Below are positions 20,122 through 30,703 of a DNA stretch of 64,000 bases, in pieces (the stretch's first letter is position 1; each line of letters opens with the position of its first letter). This DNA is from Pseudomonadota bacterium. GTDB taxonomy: Bacteria > Myxococcota > JACRCW01 > JAFGSX01. The translations under genes were made by a program, and so were the position numbers. The notes below the pieces were generated by a model. The model did not search any database and was not told the DNA's origin. It was given only the letters and a program-made list of their open reading frames with translations. Location: the NCBI GenBank assembly GCA_043821645.1, contig JBDRCO010000113.1, positions 128,001-192,000 of the forward strand, written 5' to 3'.

Positions 20122-20324
20122 TGTCTCGACTCCGCGGCTCAGGCTCCCATGCACAGTTTATTGAGGCAAGCCAGGGTGCGGTCCCTGCTTGAGCCCGCGC
20201 ATCGATAGGCTATATTTGGGCCGCTCTTCGCGGCGCGGCAAGTGTCGGTCCATGGCGCGGAGGGCAACGAACGCGCGCCGACCTGGCGCAGACCGCGCCG
20301 GCAGGGCGCACAGAGGGGTTCACG

Positions 20325-20609
20325 ATGGCACACATCCTCATCGAGAAGAGCCACACCTTGCCCATCGAGCAGGTCAAGAAGATGCTCGAGGAGACCTTCA
20401 TGGAGGACCTCGAGGATTTCGACATCTTCGCGGACTGGAACGGCAACGTCTGCGAGCTCAAGGGCAAGGGCGCTCATGGCGCATTCCGGGTGGATGCGAG
20501 CAAGGTCGTGTTCGAACTCACGACTTCGATCCTCTCCCGCACCGGCGGCACAGACCCCGCCGTCATCGAGGAGGAAGTGCGCAGCCGCCTGCAGAAGCTG
20601 CTTCACTAG
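20325..20609 (+). CDS. Polyhydroxyalkanoic acid system (PHA_gran_rgn)-like small protein
   Basis: 'MAHILIEKSHTL..W.GN...KGKGAHG...V....V' pattern, 94 aa, GAGGG RBS. Confidence 0.6.
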   Translation: MAHILIEKSHTLPIEQVKKMLEETFMEDLEDFDIFADWNGNVCELKGKGAHGAFRVDASKVVFELTTSILSRTGGTDPAVIEEEVRSRLQKLLH

Positions 20610-21071
20610 ACGACGCGTCTGGCGTCGCGCGCGGCTCCCCGACCGTTGTCATAGCTGCGCGTTCCTGGCCGCCACCATGGTTGCCCGAGGCCTTGTCCTG
20701 AGCGCGGCCCGGGTGGCTGGCCCGCCTCCATCGATGCAGAGCGCGTGCAGCGGCGGGTGGACACCCCCGCCACGGGCTCCCAGCCAGACGGTCACAACGG
20801 CGTCTCCCCTCTCGGTCGAGACCCAGCACAGGTAACACCACGCGGCCACGATCCCGGACGCCCTTGTTCGCTCATGGCGCCGGCTTGCTGATACTCCCTG
20901 ATTCCCCCTCCGCAGCACCGATGGGTCCCCACCCCGGCGACCCGAGTGATTCCGCCGCAGGCTCCACGCCACCTCGGAGGCGAGAAGACCACGGACCATC
21001 TCGCGCAGGTCTTCAAGCTGCCAGCGCAGGTCGATACGCTCGGGCGCTGCCCAGGAATCTTCCAGCGATTG

Positions 21072-21105
21072 TGGAATAGTCTCGACCAAGCTCGAGAATA
21101 TTCTC
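21072..21105. promoter_or_regulatory. Candidate enhancer (UAS) for a sigma54 activator: two tandem palindromic boxes
   Basis: TGGAATAGTCTC (21072-21083) and perfect palindrome GAGAATATTCTC (21094-21105), 22 bp apart, AT-rich in a GC-rich genome. Confidence 0.55.
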
Positions 21106-21169
21106 CAGTCGGGGCACGCAGTTCCGAACTTCGACGGAACTCACGACCATCTGCAGCTATGTACCGTTC

Positions 21170-21184
21170 TGGCCCGGATCTTGC
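21170..21184 (+). promoter_or_regulatory. Sigma54 -24/-12 promoter of the cus-like operon
   Basis: TGGCCC-GGATC-TTGC with exact GG..GC spacing, 33 bp upstream of ATG 21218; sigma54 activator gene lies directly downstream of the operon. Confidence 0.7.
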
Positions 21185-21217
21185 CCCTGGATTCTCGCGA
21201 CCGCGAGGAATGCGACG

Positions 21218-22507
21218 ATGAAATCAACGCACATCACAGCTGCTCTTTTGATGACGGTACTCGGGAATCCGCCTGCCCTGGCCCAGGGGCGCACCCTCGA
21301 CCAGCTCATCGCTCAGGCCCTGCAGGAGAGTCCCGATCTGCGCGCGGTGGAACACGAACGCGACGCCGCCCGGCAGCGCATCCCCCAGGCCGGGACCTGG
21401 ATGGATCCCATGGTGAGCCTGGGCTACCGCAACATGCCCGTGACCTCTCCCTGGCCTGGTGTGGATCCCATGAGCAACATTGAACTGATGGCATCGCAGC
21501 GCTTGCCAGCCCCCGGCAAGACCAGCGCACGTGAGGACGTTGCGCGCAGCAACGTCGACACCCTGGACCGCATGCTCGATGAGAAGAGGGTCGAGCTGGT
21601 GCTTCGTCTGCGCACGCGCCACGCCCAGCTCGCGCTGGTGCGGCAGCTTCGCGAGGTCACACGCAGGCATGTGGCCCTGGTCGAGCAGCTGGTGGCGGTG
21701 GTCAGCGCCAAGCTCGAGGCTGGCAGCATCGGCCAACAGGCACTGCTGCGCGTGATGGTACTCCGCGATCGTCTGCAGGACAGCCTGGCCGACTTCGATC
21801 GCCGTGAGCACGAACTGGTGGCCGAGCTCAACGCGCTGGCCCATCTTCCCGTCGACGATCCCATCGTGACACCCACGCTGCAGGTCGAGGAGATCTCGAC
21901 GGCGCCCGCTCAGCTCGAGCACGAGAGTGCCGAGGGCTCACCCACGCTCAAGCGACTGGACGCTGCTGCGCACACCCAGGACCTGATGGCGCAGCAGGCA
22001 GAGGTCGAGCAGCGGCCCGACGTCGAGCTGTCCCTGGCCTACATGATCCGGCTGCCGTCGCAAAACAGCTCAGGCATGAACATGGTCAGTGCCGGCATCG
22101 CCATGCCACTGCCCTGGTTCTTCAATGCCTCGCGCTGGGGCGCGATGGCCGACGAGAACCGTGCCATGGCGCGTGCCACGCGCAGTCAACGCGACGCCAC
22201 CTGGGATCGTCTTCGCAGCGACCTGGCTGCAGCCGACGCCAGGCTGCGCCGCGCCACGGACAAGTCCCGGACCTATCAGGACAGCCTGGTGCCCTCGGCG
22301 ACGCGGACTCTCGAGTCGACCCTGTCCGCCTACCAGGTGGAGAGGGCCGACTTTGCAGACCTGATCGAGGCCGAGCTGGAGCTGCTGGAACTGGAACGTG
22401 GCCTGTATGAGGCCCGGGCCGACGCTGCGATGGCGCATGCCGAACTGGACGCCCTGCGCGGGCGCCTGGCCACGGCCGCAACGACCCCCGTGGAGAATAG
22501 CCCATGA
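21218..22507 (+). CDS. TolC/CusC-family outer-membrane efflux channel
   Basis: Signal peptide, helical OEP repeats, 'AYQVERADF.DLIEAE'; first gene of the RND operon. Confidence 0.85.
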   Translation: MKSTHITAALLMTVLGNPPALAQGRTLDQLIAQALQESPDLRAVEHERDAARQRIPQAGTWMDPMVSLGYRNMPVTSPWPGVDPMSNIELMASQRLPAPGKTSAREDVARSNVDTLDRMLDEKRVELVLRLRTRHAQLALVRQLREVTRRHVALVEQLVAVVSAKLEAGSIGQQALLRVMVLRDRLQDSLADFDRREHELVAELNALAHLPVDDPIVTPTLQVEEISTAPAQLEHESAEGSPTLKRLDAAAHTQDLMAQQAEVEQRPDVELSLAYMIRLPSQNSSGMNMVSAGIAMPLPWFFNASRWGAMADENRAMARATRSQRDATWDRLRSDLAAADARLRRATDKSRTYQDSLVPSATRTLESTLSAYQVERADFADLIEAELELLELERGLYEARADAAMAHAELDALRGRLATAATTPVENSP

Positions 22508-24360
22508 AGCCAGGAAACCCGCGGGCGATGTCCCGTATCCCCCGTCGCACCCTGTTGGCCCTGGGCGGGCTGTTGCTGCTGGCCACCGCTGTCGTCATCG
22601 GATGTACGCGCGAAGCTGCCGAGAGCGGGAGCGCCGTGGAGGCAGACTCTCCGACGACGCAGCAGTACTACACCTGCGGCATGCATCCCTGGGTGTTGCT
22701 GCCACATCCCGGCGACTGCCCCATCTGCCACATGAAGCTGACCCCCGTGGACCCGGCCAAGTTCTCGGGCGAGGTCACCATTGACCCCGTCGTGGTGCAG
22801 AACATGGGAGTGCGCGTCGAGCCCGTCACCGAGGGCCCGCTCACCCGCACGATTCGCACCGTGGGGAGCGTGACCTACGACGAGACCCGGGTGCGCGACA
22901 TCAACGTCAAGTTCGGAGGCTGGATCGAGCGTCTGCGAGTCAATTACCTGGGTGCCGACGTGCGCCGTGGCGAGATCCTGTTCTCGGTGTACTCACCCGA
23001 GCTGTACGCGGCGCAGCAGGAGTACCTGGTGGCTCAACGCAGCGCCACGACGACGGGAGGAAAGGGCCCTCTGACCGGTCTGCTCGCCTCCGCCCGCAAG
23101 CGCCTGCAGTACTACGACCTGAGCGAGGCCCAGATCGACGCCCTGCCGGCCCAGGGCGCTCAGAAAGCAGTCCCCATTGTCAGTCCCTATCCCGGTGTCG
23201 TCGTCGAGAAACACGCCAACGAGGGTATGCGCATCGACCCGGGCATGCTGGTCTACCGTATCGCGGACCTGAGCCGGGTCTGGGTCATCGCCACGGTCTA
23301 CGAGTACCAGCTCCCCTTCGTGGCCATGGGACAGCGCGGCACCATGACCCTGGCCTACGCCCCCGGTCGCGTGTACGAGGGCGAGGTCACCTACATCTCG
23401 CCCACCGTCGACGAGCAGGCGCGCGAGGTGAAGGTGAGGCTGGAGTTCACCAACCCCGATGGCTCGCTCAAGCCCGGCATGTTTGCCAGCGTGCACCTCG
23501 AGCGCACCCTCGCCGACAAACGCATACAGGTGCCGCGCGCTGCCGTCATCGACACCGGCGAGCGGCAGATCGCCTTCGTCGCGCACGGCAAGGGTCGCTT
23601 CGAGCCCCGCCCGGTGACCATGGGCATCGAGACTGAGCATGGCCAGGTGGAGATTGTCGAGGGGCTCACTGCGGGCGAGATGGTGGTCACCAGTGGCCAG
23701 TTCCTGCTCGACAGCGAATCGCGGGTCCGCGAGGCCCTGGCCAAGATGATGCGCGACAACCTGGCCTCGGAGCCTGCCGCTGCTCCGGCTACGCCGACCC
23801 TCGAGCTGCCACAGGTCGGTCGCGAGGCCCTGGCGACGAGCATTCGAAGCTACCTGGCGATCCATGATGCCCTGGCGACCGACAAGCTCGACGGTGTCTC
23901 GGCCAGCGCCCGAATGCTGGGTGGCGCGCTCGCCGCGCTCCTCGCGGTCGAGGTTCCGGGTTCACCACACTTCTGGCAGGAGCAGAAGGACGCTTCGAGT
24001 CTGCCGCAGCTCGCCGCCACGCTGATGTCCGCTGGCGACCTGGCCTCGGCCCGGGTGGCCCTGGCGCCACTGAGCGATGCACTGCTTCCCGTGATCGAGA
24101 AGCTGGGAGTGCCCGCGGACCTGGGTTTCTCCGTCGACAAGGTGCACTGCCCCATGTACCGCGCGGACCAGGGCGGTGCGAGCTGGTTGCAGCGTAGTGG
24201 CGAGGCACGCAACCCGTACTACGGGGCTGCCATGCTTGGATGCTTCGACGACCGCTCGGCGCTGTTTATCGCGGGCGCTCCACAGGAATCCTCGCGCTCT
24301 GCTTCACCGACCACCTTGAAGCCGCCAGCTGCCGCAGGCCACACCGGGCACCAGCACTAG
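22504..24360 (+). CDS. cusB: CusB-like periplasmic adaptor with N-terminal heavy-metal-binding domain and C-terminal DUF3347-like domain
   Basis: YTCGMHP..CPICHMKL; GWIERL, YSPEL, LKPGMF, SGQFLLDSES; 'HCPMY..ASWLQ..RNPYYGAAMLGC'; His-rich end. Confidence 0.85.
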   Translation: MKPGNPRAMSRIPRRTLLALGGLLLLATAVVIGCTREAAESGSAVEADSPTTQQYYTCGMHPWVLLPHPGDCPICHMKLTPVDPAKFSGEVTIDPVVVQNMGVRVEPVTEGPLTRTIRTVGSVTYDETRVRDINVKFGGWIERLRVNYLGADVRRGEILFSVYSPELYAAQQEYLVAQRSATTTGGKGPLTGLLASARKRLQYYDLSEAQIDALPAQGAQKAVPIVSPYPGVVVEKHANEGMRIDPGMLVYRIADLSRVWVIATVYEYQLPFVAMGQRGTMTLAYAPGRVYEGEVTYISPTVDEQAREVKVRLEFTNPDGSLKPGMFASVHLERTLADKRIQVPRAAVIDTGERQIAFVAHGKGRFEPRPVTMGIETEHGQVEIVEGLTAGEMVVTSGQFLLDSESRVREALAKMMRDNLASEPAAAPATPTLELPQVGREALATSIRSYLAIHDALATDKLDGVSASARMLGGALAALLAVEVPGSPHFWQEQKDASSLPQLAATLMSAGDLASARVALAPLSDALLPVIEKLGVPADLGFSVDKVHCPMYRADQGGASWLQRSGEARNPYYGAAMLGCFDDRSALFIAGAPQESSRSASPTTLKPPAAAGHTGHQH

Positions 24361-24370
24361 GAGCCCCCCC

Positions 24371-27300
24371 ATGATCGCCAAGCTGATTGCCTGGTGCGTG
24401 CACAATCGGGTGTTGGTGCTGTTGCTGACCGGCTTCCTGGTCGTCGCGGGGCTGTGGTCCGCGCGCAGCATCACCGTCGACGCCATCCCCGACCTGTCCG
24501 ATGTGCAGGTGGTCATCCGTACGGAGTACCCCGGCCAGGCCCCCGAGATCGTCGAGGACCAGGTCACCTTTCCACTGACCACCATCATGCTCGCGGTCCC
24601 CTATGCCAAGGTGGTGCGCGGCTACTCGATGTTCGGCGCCAGCTTCGTCTACATCATCTTCGAGGATGGCACCGACATGTACTGGGCGCGCAGCCGCGTG
24701 CTCGAGCAGCTGTCCGTGGTCTCCAGCCGACTCCCGGCGGGCGTGACGCCGCAGCTCGGCCCCGACGCCACAGGCGTTGGTTGGATCTACGAGTACGTGC
24801 TGACCACGGGTCCCTACTGCCCTGACCATCCCGATGGAGCCTGGCACGATCCTGTCTCCGATCGCTGGTATGCCTCTTTCGAGGAGGTCCCCGAAGCGGC
24901 CCGCAAGGGTGCCACCCACCACCGCGTGTTTCCGCCCGCGCGGGTGAACGACTTCGATCCCGTGACCAGTCGCCGCTATGACGATCCGGCTGCTGCTCCC
25001 GCCGACACGCGCTCGCGTCTCGAGGAAGTCGTGCTGAAGCGCGGCTTCGAGACCTGCCCGCTCGACGGCAAGCCACTGCACCAGCCGGATCAAGATCTCT
25101 CGGAGCTGCGCAGCCTCCAGGACTGGTACCTGCGCTACGAGTTGACGGCTCTCGACGGTGTCAGCGAGGTCGCGGCGGTGGGCGGCTTCGTCAAGCAGTA
25201 CCAGGTCGTGGTCGATCCCGTGAAGCTGCAAGCCTTGAAGGTCCCCCTGGCCAGGGTGGAGATGGCCATCCGGCGGAGCAACCTCGATGTCGGCGGCAGC
25301 GTGATCGAGATGGGCGAGGCCGAGTACATGGTGCGTGGCCGCGGCTACCTGGGGCATCCCGATGCCGATCAGCAGGGGCCCATCGCCGCCGGTCAAGAGA
25401 GCCGCGCCCGCAGCCAGCGCGTACTGCAGCAACTCGAGGGCATCGCGCTCGACGCCACGGACAAGGGTGTTCCGATCCGACTCGGCGACGTGGCCTCGGT
25501 TCGGCTCGGCCCGGACATGCGCCGGGGCCTGGTCGAGTGGAATGGCGAGGGCGAGGTGGTGGCCAGCATCGTGGTCATGCGCTTCGGCGAGAACGCCCGC
25601 GACGCCATTGGCCGGGTGAAAGACAGGCTACGGGAGCTGGAGCACGGGCTGCCGCCGGGCGTGGCAGTCCTCACCGCCTATGATCGCTCGGACCTGATCG
25701 ATCGGTCGGTGCAGACGCTCACGCGCACCCTGTTCGAGGAGATCACGGTCGTCGCCCTGATCATCATCCTGTTCTTGCTACATGCGCGCAGCGCCCTGGT
25801 GGCGGCCTTCGTGCTGCCCACCGGTGTACTTCTCAGCCTCACGGCCATGTACCTGCTGGGCATGAACGCCAACATCATGAGCCTGGGAGGCATCGCCATC
25901 GCCATCGGGGTGATGGTGGATAGCTCGATCATCATGGTCGAGAACGCACACAAACATCTCGAGTGGGAGGTCGAGCGTGTGGCCGCGGGCCAGACCGCGC
26001 GCACTCGCGTCGCGGTCATCATCGAGGCCGCCAGCGAGGTCGGACCGAGTCTCTTCTTTGCGCTCTTGATCCTGACGGTGGGCTTCATCCCCGTGTTCGC
26101 CCTCGGTGAGCAGTCCGGGCGTCTGTTCAAGCCCCTGGCCTACACCAAGACCTTCTCGATGGGTGCGGCGGCTTTGCTCGCGATCACCGTGATCCCGTCG
26201 CTGATGTACTACTTCATCTCCGAGCACCTGCTGCCTGACGGCTGGTCGAGACTGCGGCGCTGGGGCACCACTGCGATCGTGGTCCTGGCACCGGCGCTGG
26301 TCCTGCTGCTGGCGCCTCTGCCCGAGCTTCCCATCGCCCGCTCATGGCTGGCCCTGGCCTGGGTCGTCCTGTCACTGCTGGCCATCCTGCCTCAGCGCAT
26401 CCTGGGTGAGCACCAGAATCCCGTGGCCCGCGCGCTGCAATGGCTTTACGCGCCCGCCTTTCGCCTGGTCATGCGGCACCGCCGGATCACCCTCGGGCTG
26501 GCCGTCGCGCTCTTGCTGTCGACGCTGTGGCCACTGAGCCAGCTTGGCTCCGAGTTCATGCCGCCCCTCGAGGAAGGCGATCTGCTGTACATGCCAACCA
26601 CCGACCCCGGCATCAGCGTGACCAAGGCGCGCGAGCTGCTGCAGCAGACCGACAAGCTGATCCTGCAGTTCCCGGAGGTGGCGAGTGTGCTGGGCAAGGC
26701 CGGGCGCGCCGATACGGCCACCGACCCGGCCCCGATGAGCATGCTCGAGACCACCATCGTCCTGCATCGCGACAAGTCGCACTGGCGCCAGCGCACCGTG
26801 GACCGCTTCTACTCGACCTGGCCCAGGTGGTTGAGCTGGCTCCCCAGGCTGGTCCTGTCCGACACACGGCCCATCAACGGCGACGACCTCGTCTACGGCT
26901 ACGAGCTCCCCGGTGGGGTGCACGTGCCCGGACTCAACGAGACCGTGAGCATGCCGGGCCTGACCAATGCTTGGACCATGCCCATCCGCACCCGCATCGA
27001 CATGCTGTCCACGGGCATCCGCACCCCGGTGGGCATCAAGGTCCTCGGCGATGACCTGACCAGCTTGACCGAGATCGGGGAGCACATCGCGCAGGTGCTG
27101 AAGACGGATTCGGCCACCGGCGCCCACACCCTGAGCGCCTTTGCCGAGAAGAGCATGAGCGGCCGCTACTTCGACGTGCAGGTCCGGCGCGACGAGATCG
27201 CCCGCTACGGCCTGCAGGTGGCGGATGTGCAGGCGGTCATCATGAGCGCCCTGGGCGGCATGAACGTTGCGCAGACCATCGAGGGGCGCGAGCGCTATCC

Positions 27301-28165
27301 CATCAACATCCGCTATCCCCATGAGCTGCGGGACAATCGCACCGCCCTGCAGCAGATCCTGGTGGCCACGCCGTCGGGGACGCAGGTACCCCTGGGCCAG
27401 CTCGCCACCTTCACCACCCGCACCGGCGCGGACATGATCAAGAGCGAGAACGCGCGTCTCACCAGCTGGGTGTACGTCGACATCGCGGGCATCGACATCG
27501 GCAGCTACGTCGAGAACGCACGGCGGGTCATCTCCCGCGAGGTCCCATTGCCCGCGGGAACGTCCATTGTCTGGTCCGGCCAGTACGAGTACATGGCCGC
27601 GGCCAACCGTCGGCTGGCGGTGGTGATCCCGCTCGCCGTTGTGCTGATCGTGCTGCTTCTCTACCTCGCCACACACAGCTGGCTGCGGACGTCCATCGTG
27701 CTCCTCGCTGTGCCCTTCAGTCTGATCGGAGCCTTCTGGTTGCTGTACGCCCTCGACTACAACCTGTCCCTGGCGGTCTGGGTGGGCATCATCGCCCTGG
27801 CCGGCCTCGACGCCGAGACCGGGCTGGTGATGCTGCTCTACCTCGAGAACAGCCACGACAAGTTCGCCGCCGATGGTCGCATGCGCGACGATGAGGACCT
27901 GATGGCGGCCGTCCACGACGGTGCCGTGCAGCGCATCCGGCCCAAGACCATGACGGTCATGACGACCTTCATCGGGCTGGTACCCCTGCTGTTTGCAGCT
28001 GGAGCCGGGGCCGACACCATGCGGCGTCTGGCTGCGCCCATGATAGGCGGCCTGGCGTCGAGCTTTTTGCTCGAGCTGCTGATCTACCCGGTGCTGTTCT
28101 TCGTCATCAAGCGAGTGACCACCCACCTCGGTGCGAGCCACGGAGCGCCAGGCGACGTCGTCTGA
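24371..28165 (+). CDS. cusA: CusA/SilA-type heavy-metal RND transporter (with insertions)
   Basis: DAIPDLSDVQV, GPDATGVGWIYEY, LRSLQDW, MVENAHKHL, GSEFMPPLEEG, DPAPMSMLET, RIDMLSTG, RPKTMT. Confidence 0.93.
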   Translation: MIAKLIAWCVHNRVLVLLLTGFLVVAGLWSARSITVDAIPDLSDVQVVIRTEYPGQAPEIVEDQVTFPLTTIMLAVPYAKVVRGYSMFGASFVYIIFEDGTDMYWARSRVLEQLSVVSSRLPAGVTPQLGPDATGVGWIYEYVLTTGPYCPDHPDGAWHDPVSDRWYASFEEVPEAARKGATHHRVFPPARVNDFDPVTSRRYDDPAAAPADTRSRLEEVVLKRGFETCPLDGKPLHQPDQDLSELRSLQDWYLRYELTALDGVSEVAAVGGFVKQYQVVVDPVKLQALKVPLARVEMAIRRSNLDVGGSVIEMGEAEYMVRGRGYLGHPDADQQGPIAAGQESRARSQRVLQQLEGIALDATDKGVPIRLGDVASVRLGPDMRRGLVEWNGEGEVVASIVVMRFGENARDAIGRVKDRLRELEHGLPPGVAVLTAYDRSDLIDRSVQTLTRTLFEEITVVALIIILFLLHARSALVAAFVLPTGVLLSLTAMYLLGMNANIMSLGGIAIAIGVMVDSSIIMVENAHKHLEWEVERVAAGQTARTRVAVIIEAASEVGPSLFFALLILTVGFIPVFALGEQSGRLFKPLAYTKTFSMGAAALLAITVIPSLMYYFISEHLLPDGWSRLRRWGTTAIVVLAPALVLLLAPLPELPIARSWLALAWVVLSLLAILPQRILGEHQNPVARALQWLYAPAFRLVMRHRRITLGLAVALLLSTLWPLSQLGSEFMPPLEEGDLLYMPTTDPGISVTKARELLQQTDKLILQFPEVASVLGKAGRADTATDPAPMSMLETTIVLHRDKSHWRQRTVDRFYSTWPRWLSWLPRLVLSDTRPINGDDLVYGYELPGGVHVPGLNETVSMPGLTNAWTMPIRTRIDMLSTGIRTPVGIKVLGDDLTSLTEIGEHIAQVLKTDSATGAHTLSAFAEKSMSGRYFDVQVRRDEIARYGLQVADVQAVIMSALGGMNVAQTIEGRERYPINIRYPHELRDNRTALQQILVATPSGTQVPLGQLATFTTRTGADMIKSENARLTSWVYVDIAGIDIGSYVENARRVISREVPLPAGTSIVWSGQYEYMAAANRRLAVVIPLAVVLIVLLLYLATHSWLRTSIVLLAVPFSLIGAFWLLYALDYNLSLAVWVGIIALAGLDAETGLVMLLYLENSHDKFAADGRMRDDEDLMAAVHDGAVQRIRPKTMTVMTTFIGLVPLLFAAGAGADTMRRLAAPMIGGLASSFLLELLIYPVLFFVIKRVTTHLGASHGAPGDVV

Positions 28166-28185
28166 TGCAGGGTGTATGTTGAGAG

Positions 28186-29598
28186 GTGGAGATGTTTTCG
28201 GCGGAGAGTCAGAGCGTGGGCACGACGATCCTGTTCATCGACGACGACGAGACCGGACGCGAGGTCGCCCGCTACAACCTGACCAAGGCCGGCTACACCG
28301 TCGACATGGCGACGCGCGGTGATGAGGGGCTTGAGCGCTTTGATCCCGCCCGACACGCGGTCGTGATCACCGACGTGCGCATGCCCGGGGTCTCGGGTCT
28401 CGATGTGCTGCGGCAGGTGCGCAAGCGCGCACCGACCCTGCCCGTCATCGTGATCACGGCCTACGGTTCCATCGAACTCGCGGTGGACGCCATGAAGCAG
28501 GGCGCCACCGACTTCATCGGCAAGCCCTTCAATCGCGATCACCTGCTGCTTGCCGTCGAGCGCGCGCTCGAGAATGCAGCCTTGCGCCGCGAGGTTCGCA
28601 CACTGCGGCTCAAGAGCCGTGGCATCGAGCGCCCCATCATCGCCGCCTCGGACGCGATGCAGCAGGTGCTACACCTCGCCGACCGGGTGGCAACCTCCGA
28701 CGCCAGCGTCCTGATCACCGGCGAGAGCGGTACGGGAAAGGAGCTGATCGCGCGTCGCCTCCATGTGCGCTCAGAGCGGGTTGAGGGCCCGTTCGTGGCG
28801 GTGAGCTGCGGGGCCCTGCCCGCCGATCTGCTAGAAAGCGAACTCTTCGGCCACGTCAGGGGTGCGTTCACGGGCGCGACCACGGACCGCACGGGCCGCT
28901 TCCGCAAGGCCGAGGGCGGCACCCTCTTTCTCGACGAGGTGGGGGAACTCCCACTGCCGCTTCAAGCGAAGTTGCTGCGGGTGGTCCAGGAACGCGTCGT
29001 CGACGTCGTAGGCTCGGACCGTCCCGTCGAGGTGAACCTGCGCCTGGTGGCTGCCACCAACCAGGACCTCCACCAGAGCGTAAAGGCCGGGAATTTTCGT
29101 GAGGACCTGCTTTTTCGCCTCAACGTCGTCGAGATCGCGCTGCCACCACTGCGCCAGCGCCCGGAGGACATCGAGCCACTGGTCCGTCACTTCGTTTCGC
29201 TGCACGCGGGCGGTCGGGAGCTCGAAATACCGGACTCCGTCGTGGCGGCACTCAAGAAACGATCCTGGCCAGGAAACGCGCGCGAGCTTCAGAACGTCTG
29301 TGAGCGCCTGGCCGTCCTGGCGCAGGGTTCGGCGGTCGCCCTGGCCGATCTCCCCCCGGCAGCCGTTCCAGAGGCGTCAGCCCCCAGCGAGGCTTCCTGG
29401 CCGCCCCTGCCCGCCGACGGTCTTTCTCTGATCGACCTCGAAAGGAGCGTGATCGCGCGCGTGCTCGATTTCAAGGAGTGGAACGTGAGTCAGGCTGCCA
29501 TCTACCTCGGTGTGCCTCGCCACGTCCTCGTCTATCGGATGGAGAAGTACGGGCTTGGGCGCCCGCAGCGGGAGCCCGGTGATCACCGACGATCGTGA
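28186..29598 (+). CDS. Sigma54-dependent response regulator (NtrC/ZraR family)
   Basis: Receiver domain, [36 protein letters not shown], Fis HTH. Confidence 0.93.
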   Translation: MEMFSAESQSVGTTILFIDDDETGREVARYNLTKAGYTVDMATRGDEGLERFDPARHAVVITDVRMPGVSGLDVLRQVRKRAPTLPVIVITAYGSIELAVDAMKQGATDFIGKPFNRDHLLLAVERALENAALRREVRTLRLKSRGIERPIIAASDAMQQVLHLADRVATSDASVLITGESGTGKELIARRLHVRSERVEGPFVAVSCGALPADLLESELFGHVRGAFTGATTDRTGRFRKAEGGTLFLDEVGELPLPLQAKLLRVVQERVVDVVGSDRPVEVNLRLVAATNQDLHQSVKAGNFREDLLFRLNVVEIALPPLRQRPEDIEPLVRHFVSLHAGGRELEIPDSVVAALKKRSWPGNARELQNVCERLAVLAQGSAVALADLPPAAVPEASAPSEASWPPLPADGLSLIDLERSVIARVLDFKEWNVSQAAIYLGVPRHVLVYRMEKYGLGRPQREPGDHRRS

Positions 29599-30703
29599 AC
29601 ACGGATGGCGCGCGGTGCTTGGTCCGCGGGTGTGGTTGCTGGTCTGGATCCCGATCCTGGTCATCGGGCTCGGCCATTACTCCACCGATGCCAGCAGCAC
29701 CTGGGTCCACGACATCCTGCGCCGCACCTACTACCTGCCCATCCTGTTCGCGGCGTTCTTGCTGGGACTTCGCGGTGGATTGCTCGCCCCCGTCGTGGTC
29801 ATCGTCAGCTATGCCCCCCACGCCTTCCTGCACGAGCATGTGCTGCACGTCGATCCCGCGCGAAACCTCGAGAAGGCACTGGAACTCGTGCTCTACCTGG
29901 TTGTCGGTGCCGTGGCCGGGCAACTCACGGACCGCGAGCGTCAGCGCCGTCGCGCGCTCGAACAGGCCCTCGACACGCAACGCCGGTTGCAGCACCAGCT
30001 GGTCCGCGCAGGTCGACTGAGCGCTCTGGGCGAAGTGGTGGCAGGCATCGCTCACGAGATCAAGAACCCCTTGCATGCACTGCGCGGGACCGCCGAGATC
30101 CTGGACCCGCTCATTCCACACGACATCGAGGAGCGACGCATGTGGGAGCTTCATTGTTCGGAGCTGGATCGCTTATCGACGGTGGCCGAGCGCTTTCTGT
30201 CCTTTGCGCGACCGTCCGCCGCCAACACGGATACGATCCTGGATCTCCGGGAGGTGGTGAGGCGAACTCAGGAGCTCGCGACAGCCCAGGCCCGGCAACA
30301 GCAGATCTCACTGGATCTCGAACTGGGAGAACTGCCGGCGCTGGTGAGGGGTGATCGCGACCAGCTCGCCCAGATCGGGCTCAACATCGTGCTCAACGCC
30401 CTGCAGGCTCTGGGCGACGGACCTGGGCGCCTGTTGCTGGCCGTGGACCCTCTCGTCGACCGCTCGGAGGCCCGGGTAGTGCTGCGAATCGAAAACGATG
30501 GTCCTGCGCTGGACCCGCTTCAGATCGAGCACCTGTTCGACCCGTTCACCAGTGGCCACGATGAGGGTACCGGGCTCGGACTGTCCATCTCGGCACGACT
30601 GGCCGAAGCCCATGGTGGCTACATCGAGGCGGCCAATGCTGGGCTCGGCGTGCGCTTTTCGCTATATCTACCCCGTGCCACCGAGGGAGTGCCGGCACCG
30701 TGA
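29579..30703 (+). CDS. Membrane sensor histidine kinase with His-rich 4-TM sensor region
   Basis: TM segments; H-box AHEIKNPL; NIVLNALQA, DGP, GTGLGL; GTG start after GGGAG inferred. Confidence 0.85.
   Translation: MITDDREHGWRAVLGPRVWLLVWIPILVIGLGHYSTDASSTWVHDILRRTYYLPILFAAFLLGLRGGLLAPVVVIVSYAPHAFLHEHVLHVDPARNLEKALELVLYLVVGAVAGQLTDRERQRRRALEQALDTQRRLQHQLVRAGRLSALGEVVAGIAHEIKNPLHALRGTAEILDPLIPHDIEERRMWELHCSELDRLSTVAERFLSFARPSAANTDTILDLREVVRRTQELATAQARQQQISLDLELGELPALVRGDRDQLAQIGLNIVLNALQALGDGPGRLLLAVDPLVDRSEARVVLRIENDGPALDPLQIEHLFDPFTSGHDEGTGLGLSISARLAEAHGGYIEAANAGLGVRFSLYLPRATEGVPAP

Noticed and set aside
20610-21060. About 450-bp gap with short ORFs (20649-21089, 20563-20841)
   Set aside because: No recognisable motif, RBS or RNA structure; left unannotated
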